Shown here in pieces: positions 45,273 to 46,819 of a stretch of 46,819 nucleotides of DNA; the stretch's first letter is position 1, and the number at the start of each line of letters is the position of its first letter. The DNA lies in NCBI GenBank assembly GCA_033720955.1, contig JAWWBN010000002.1:1-46819 (forward strand), read 5' to 3'. This stretch comes from Thermoanaerobaculia bacterium. Its GTDB lineage: Bacteria > Acidobacteriota > Thermoanaerobaculia > Multivoradales > JAHEKO01. The translations under genes were made by a program, and so were the position numbers. A model generated the notes under the pieces. It did not search any database, was not told the DNA's origin, and saw nothing but the letters and a program-made list of their open reading frames with translations.

Positions 45273-45394
45273 CGGGCGCCCCCGACCTCCCCCGTCAGCG
45301 ACCCGTCTCGCGGCCCGGGGCTCGGCCGGCGCCGCCGGGCCGCAGCGGCCGTCGGCCCACCATCGCCATCGCCCTGGACCCATCCCGGCCACCG

Positions 45395-46819
45395 TCAGTA
45401 GAGCGCCGGGAGCACGTCGATCGGGATCTCCCGGGTCTCCCCACCCCGCTGCGACAGCCAGCCGATCTGGTCGCGCCAGGCGTCCAGAACCAGGACGTAG
45501 CTGCCGGGCTGCTCCGGCGCCGCCAGGGACACCCTCGCCCGCGCCGACGCCCCCGGCGGCAGGTCGCGGCCCAGCGAGCTGCGCAGACCCTCGGCCTGCA
45601 TGGTGACGCCGTTGGCCGCCCGCCACCGGTACGACACCCGCACCGGCAGCTTTCTGCGGAAGTGCCACTCCCTCGCGCCCCGATTCTCGATCTCGGCCAG
45701 GAACTGGAGCTCGTCGCCCGCCCGCACCTGGTGCGGGAAGCGCACCCGCCCCCCGCCCACCCGGGACCCGGGCCGCGCCCTCACCTCGCCGTCGAAGCCC
45801 AGGAAGACGATCTGCGCGCCCAGATAGAACTGCGGCTGGACCACCTCGCCGCCCGGATGCCGGGGGTTGCGCCCCGTGGCCGTGGTGACGTCGAGCAGGT
45901 AGGTGGCGTAGCGCACGTCGTAGCGCGACCACCGCTTGGCCGGCCGCGCCGGCAGCTCCACTACCCGTCGGCGGTCCTCCTCGGTGGGCCCGTCGAGGAC
46001 CAGGCGCTCCGTCGCTCCCCCCAGATCCAGCTCCACCACGTTGTCGGGGGCGAAGCTCGACACCTCCAGGGTGAGGCTCTCGAACGGCGCCTGGGTGGTG
46101 ATCCAGATCCTGGTGGTCGCGGCCCCCCGCACCCAGACCGCCCGCTCGGCGGCGTCGGCCACGCGGAAGAGGTCCCTGCGGCCGCTGATCGACGCCCCCA
46201 GGGTGCCGAAGCCGTCGTAGCCGGGGATCGACTCGACCAGGGTCAGCTCGCGCGGGAAGAGGTCGAAGACGGCGCCCCGCACGTGCGACTGCAGCGTGGG
46301 CTCGGGCACCGGAGCGCCGTACGGGGTGAAGAGCAGCGGGCCCAGGAAGAGGCCGGCCAGCACCGAGCCGGGCACCACGATCCAGTCCGGCCTGACCACC
46401 GTCACCAGGAAGAGCAGCGCCGGATAGGCGTTCACGAAGTACCGGTTGCCCACGAAGCCGGAGCCGCCGTGCCAGTTGTAGTGAATCCAGATGACGAAGA
46501 AGAGGGCCACGATGGCCAGGGACGCGAGGGTCAGCCAGCGGTCCGGCGAGCCGCGCCCGTGGAGGAGGAAGAGCAGCGCCGCGGCCACGCCGAAGGGCAT
46601 GTAGAGGAGGAGCCCGGTGTGCTTGCCGAAGAAGAAGTAGACGAGGTTCTCCTTGAGCATGGGCGGGAAGAGCTCGGGCACCCGGGCCAGCCAGTCGTAG
46701 CTGGCGAACTCCTGGCCCTTCTGGGCCACCGTGCGCCGGTTGAGCTCCGCCATGAGCTCGAAGGTCTCCTCGACCCCTGCCGGGTCGTCTACCTTGATTC
46801 CGGCGCGAGCCGCTCCCAG
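45395..46819 (-). CDS. Integral membrane protein with a large C-terminal soluble domain, N-terminus off-window
   Basis: The frame is open from 46819 through the ATG at 46751-46753 with no stop in between, so the gene probably starts beyond the window. Hydrophobic helices are present (LLLYMPFGVAAALLFLL, LASLAIVALFFVIWI, AYPALLFLVTVV, VLAGLFLGPLLF). Family not recognised; a GT39/83-like membrane topology is possible. Confidence 0.75.
   Translation of the reverse strand: MGAARAGIKVDDPAGVEETFELMAELNRRTVAQKGQEFASYDWLARVPELFPPMLKENLVYFFFGKHTGLLLYMPFGVAAALLFLLHGRGSPDRWLTLASLAIVALFFVIWIHYNWHGGSGFVGNRYFVNAYPALLFLVTVVRPDWIVVPGSVLAGLFLGPLLFTPYGAPVPEPTLQSHVRGAVFDLFPRELTLVESIPGYDGFGTLGASISGRRDLFRVADAAERAVWVRGAATTRIWITTQAPFESLTLEVSSFAPDNVVELDLGGATERLVLDGPTEEDRRRVVELPARPAKRWSRYDVRYATYLLDVTTATGRNPRHPGGEVVQPQFYLGAQIVFLGFDGEVRARPGSRVGGGRVRFPHQVRAGDELQFLAEIENRGAREWHFRRKLPVRVSYRWRAANGVTMQAEGLRSSLGRDLPPGASARARVSLAAPEQPGSYVLVLDAWRDQIGWLSQRGGETREIPIDVLPALY

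Overview
Very GC-rich bacterial chromosomal window. Third codon positions are almost all G/C, so long spurious ORFs lie opposite or overlap nearly every real gene. I support about 40 protein-coding genes. I saw no rRNA, tRNA, CRISPR array, transposase or integrase.

Layout:
- 1-18.5 kb: the 3' part of a huge secreted Cys-rich repeat protein, endonuclease V, a YdiJ-like FAD/Fe-S oxidoreductase, and a run of envelope or secreted proteins. These include a PD40 propeller, an S8 protease, a TorF-like porin, an ECF sigma/anti-sigma pair, lipoproteins, alpha/beta hydrolases and an arylsulfotransferase-like propeller.
- 18.6-36 kb: the most unusual part, a dense mixed-orientation island of tailoring enzymes. 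It holds three Fe(II)/2OG-type oxygenases (one fused to a Nif11-like domain), a B12-binding radical SAM enzyme, three or four methyltransferases, a PAPS-type sulfotransferase, MDR and SDR dehydrogenases and a VOC protein. It also has a WD40 protein directly followed by a GTP cyclohydrolase II with a degenerate DHBP-synthase domain, and a DUF115/MptE-like protein. No PKS, NRPS, terpene or glycosyltransferase scaffold gene is present.
- Left edge of the island: an orphan protein with SelO/kinase-like motifs is transcribed divergently from a gene whose product is 25.5 tandem copies of the tetrapeptide A-E-x-(S/G).
- 36-47 kb: an MscS channel and a module of two paralogous PQQ-like beta-propellers bracketing an RnfD/NqrB-like membrane protein and a frameshifted DUF2330 gene. 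One propeller carries an inserted Cys/His metal-binding motif. These are followed by a cupin, a DUF4242 protein, a sulfatase-superfamily lipoprotein lacking the CxPxR motif, and a membrane protein truncated by the window end.

All functional calls come from motif recognition by eye. No database search was run.
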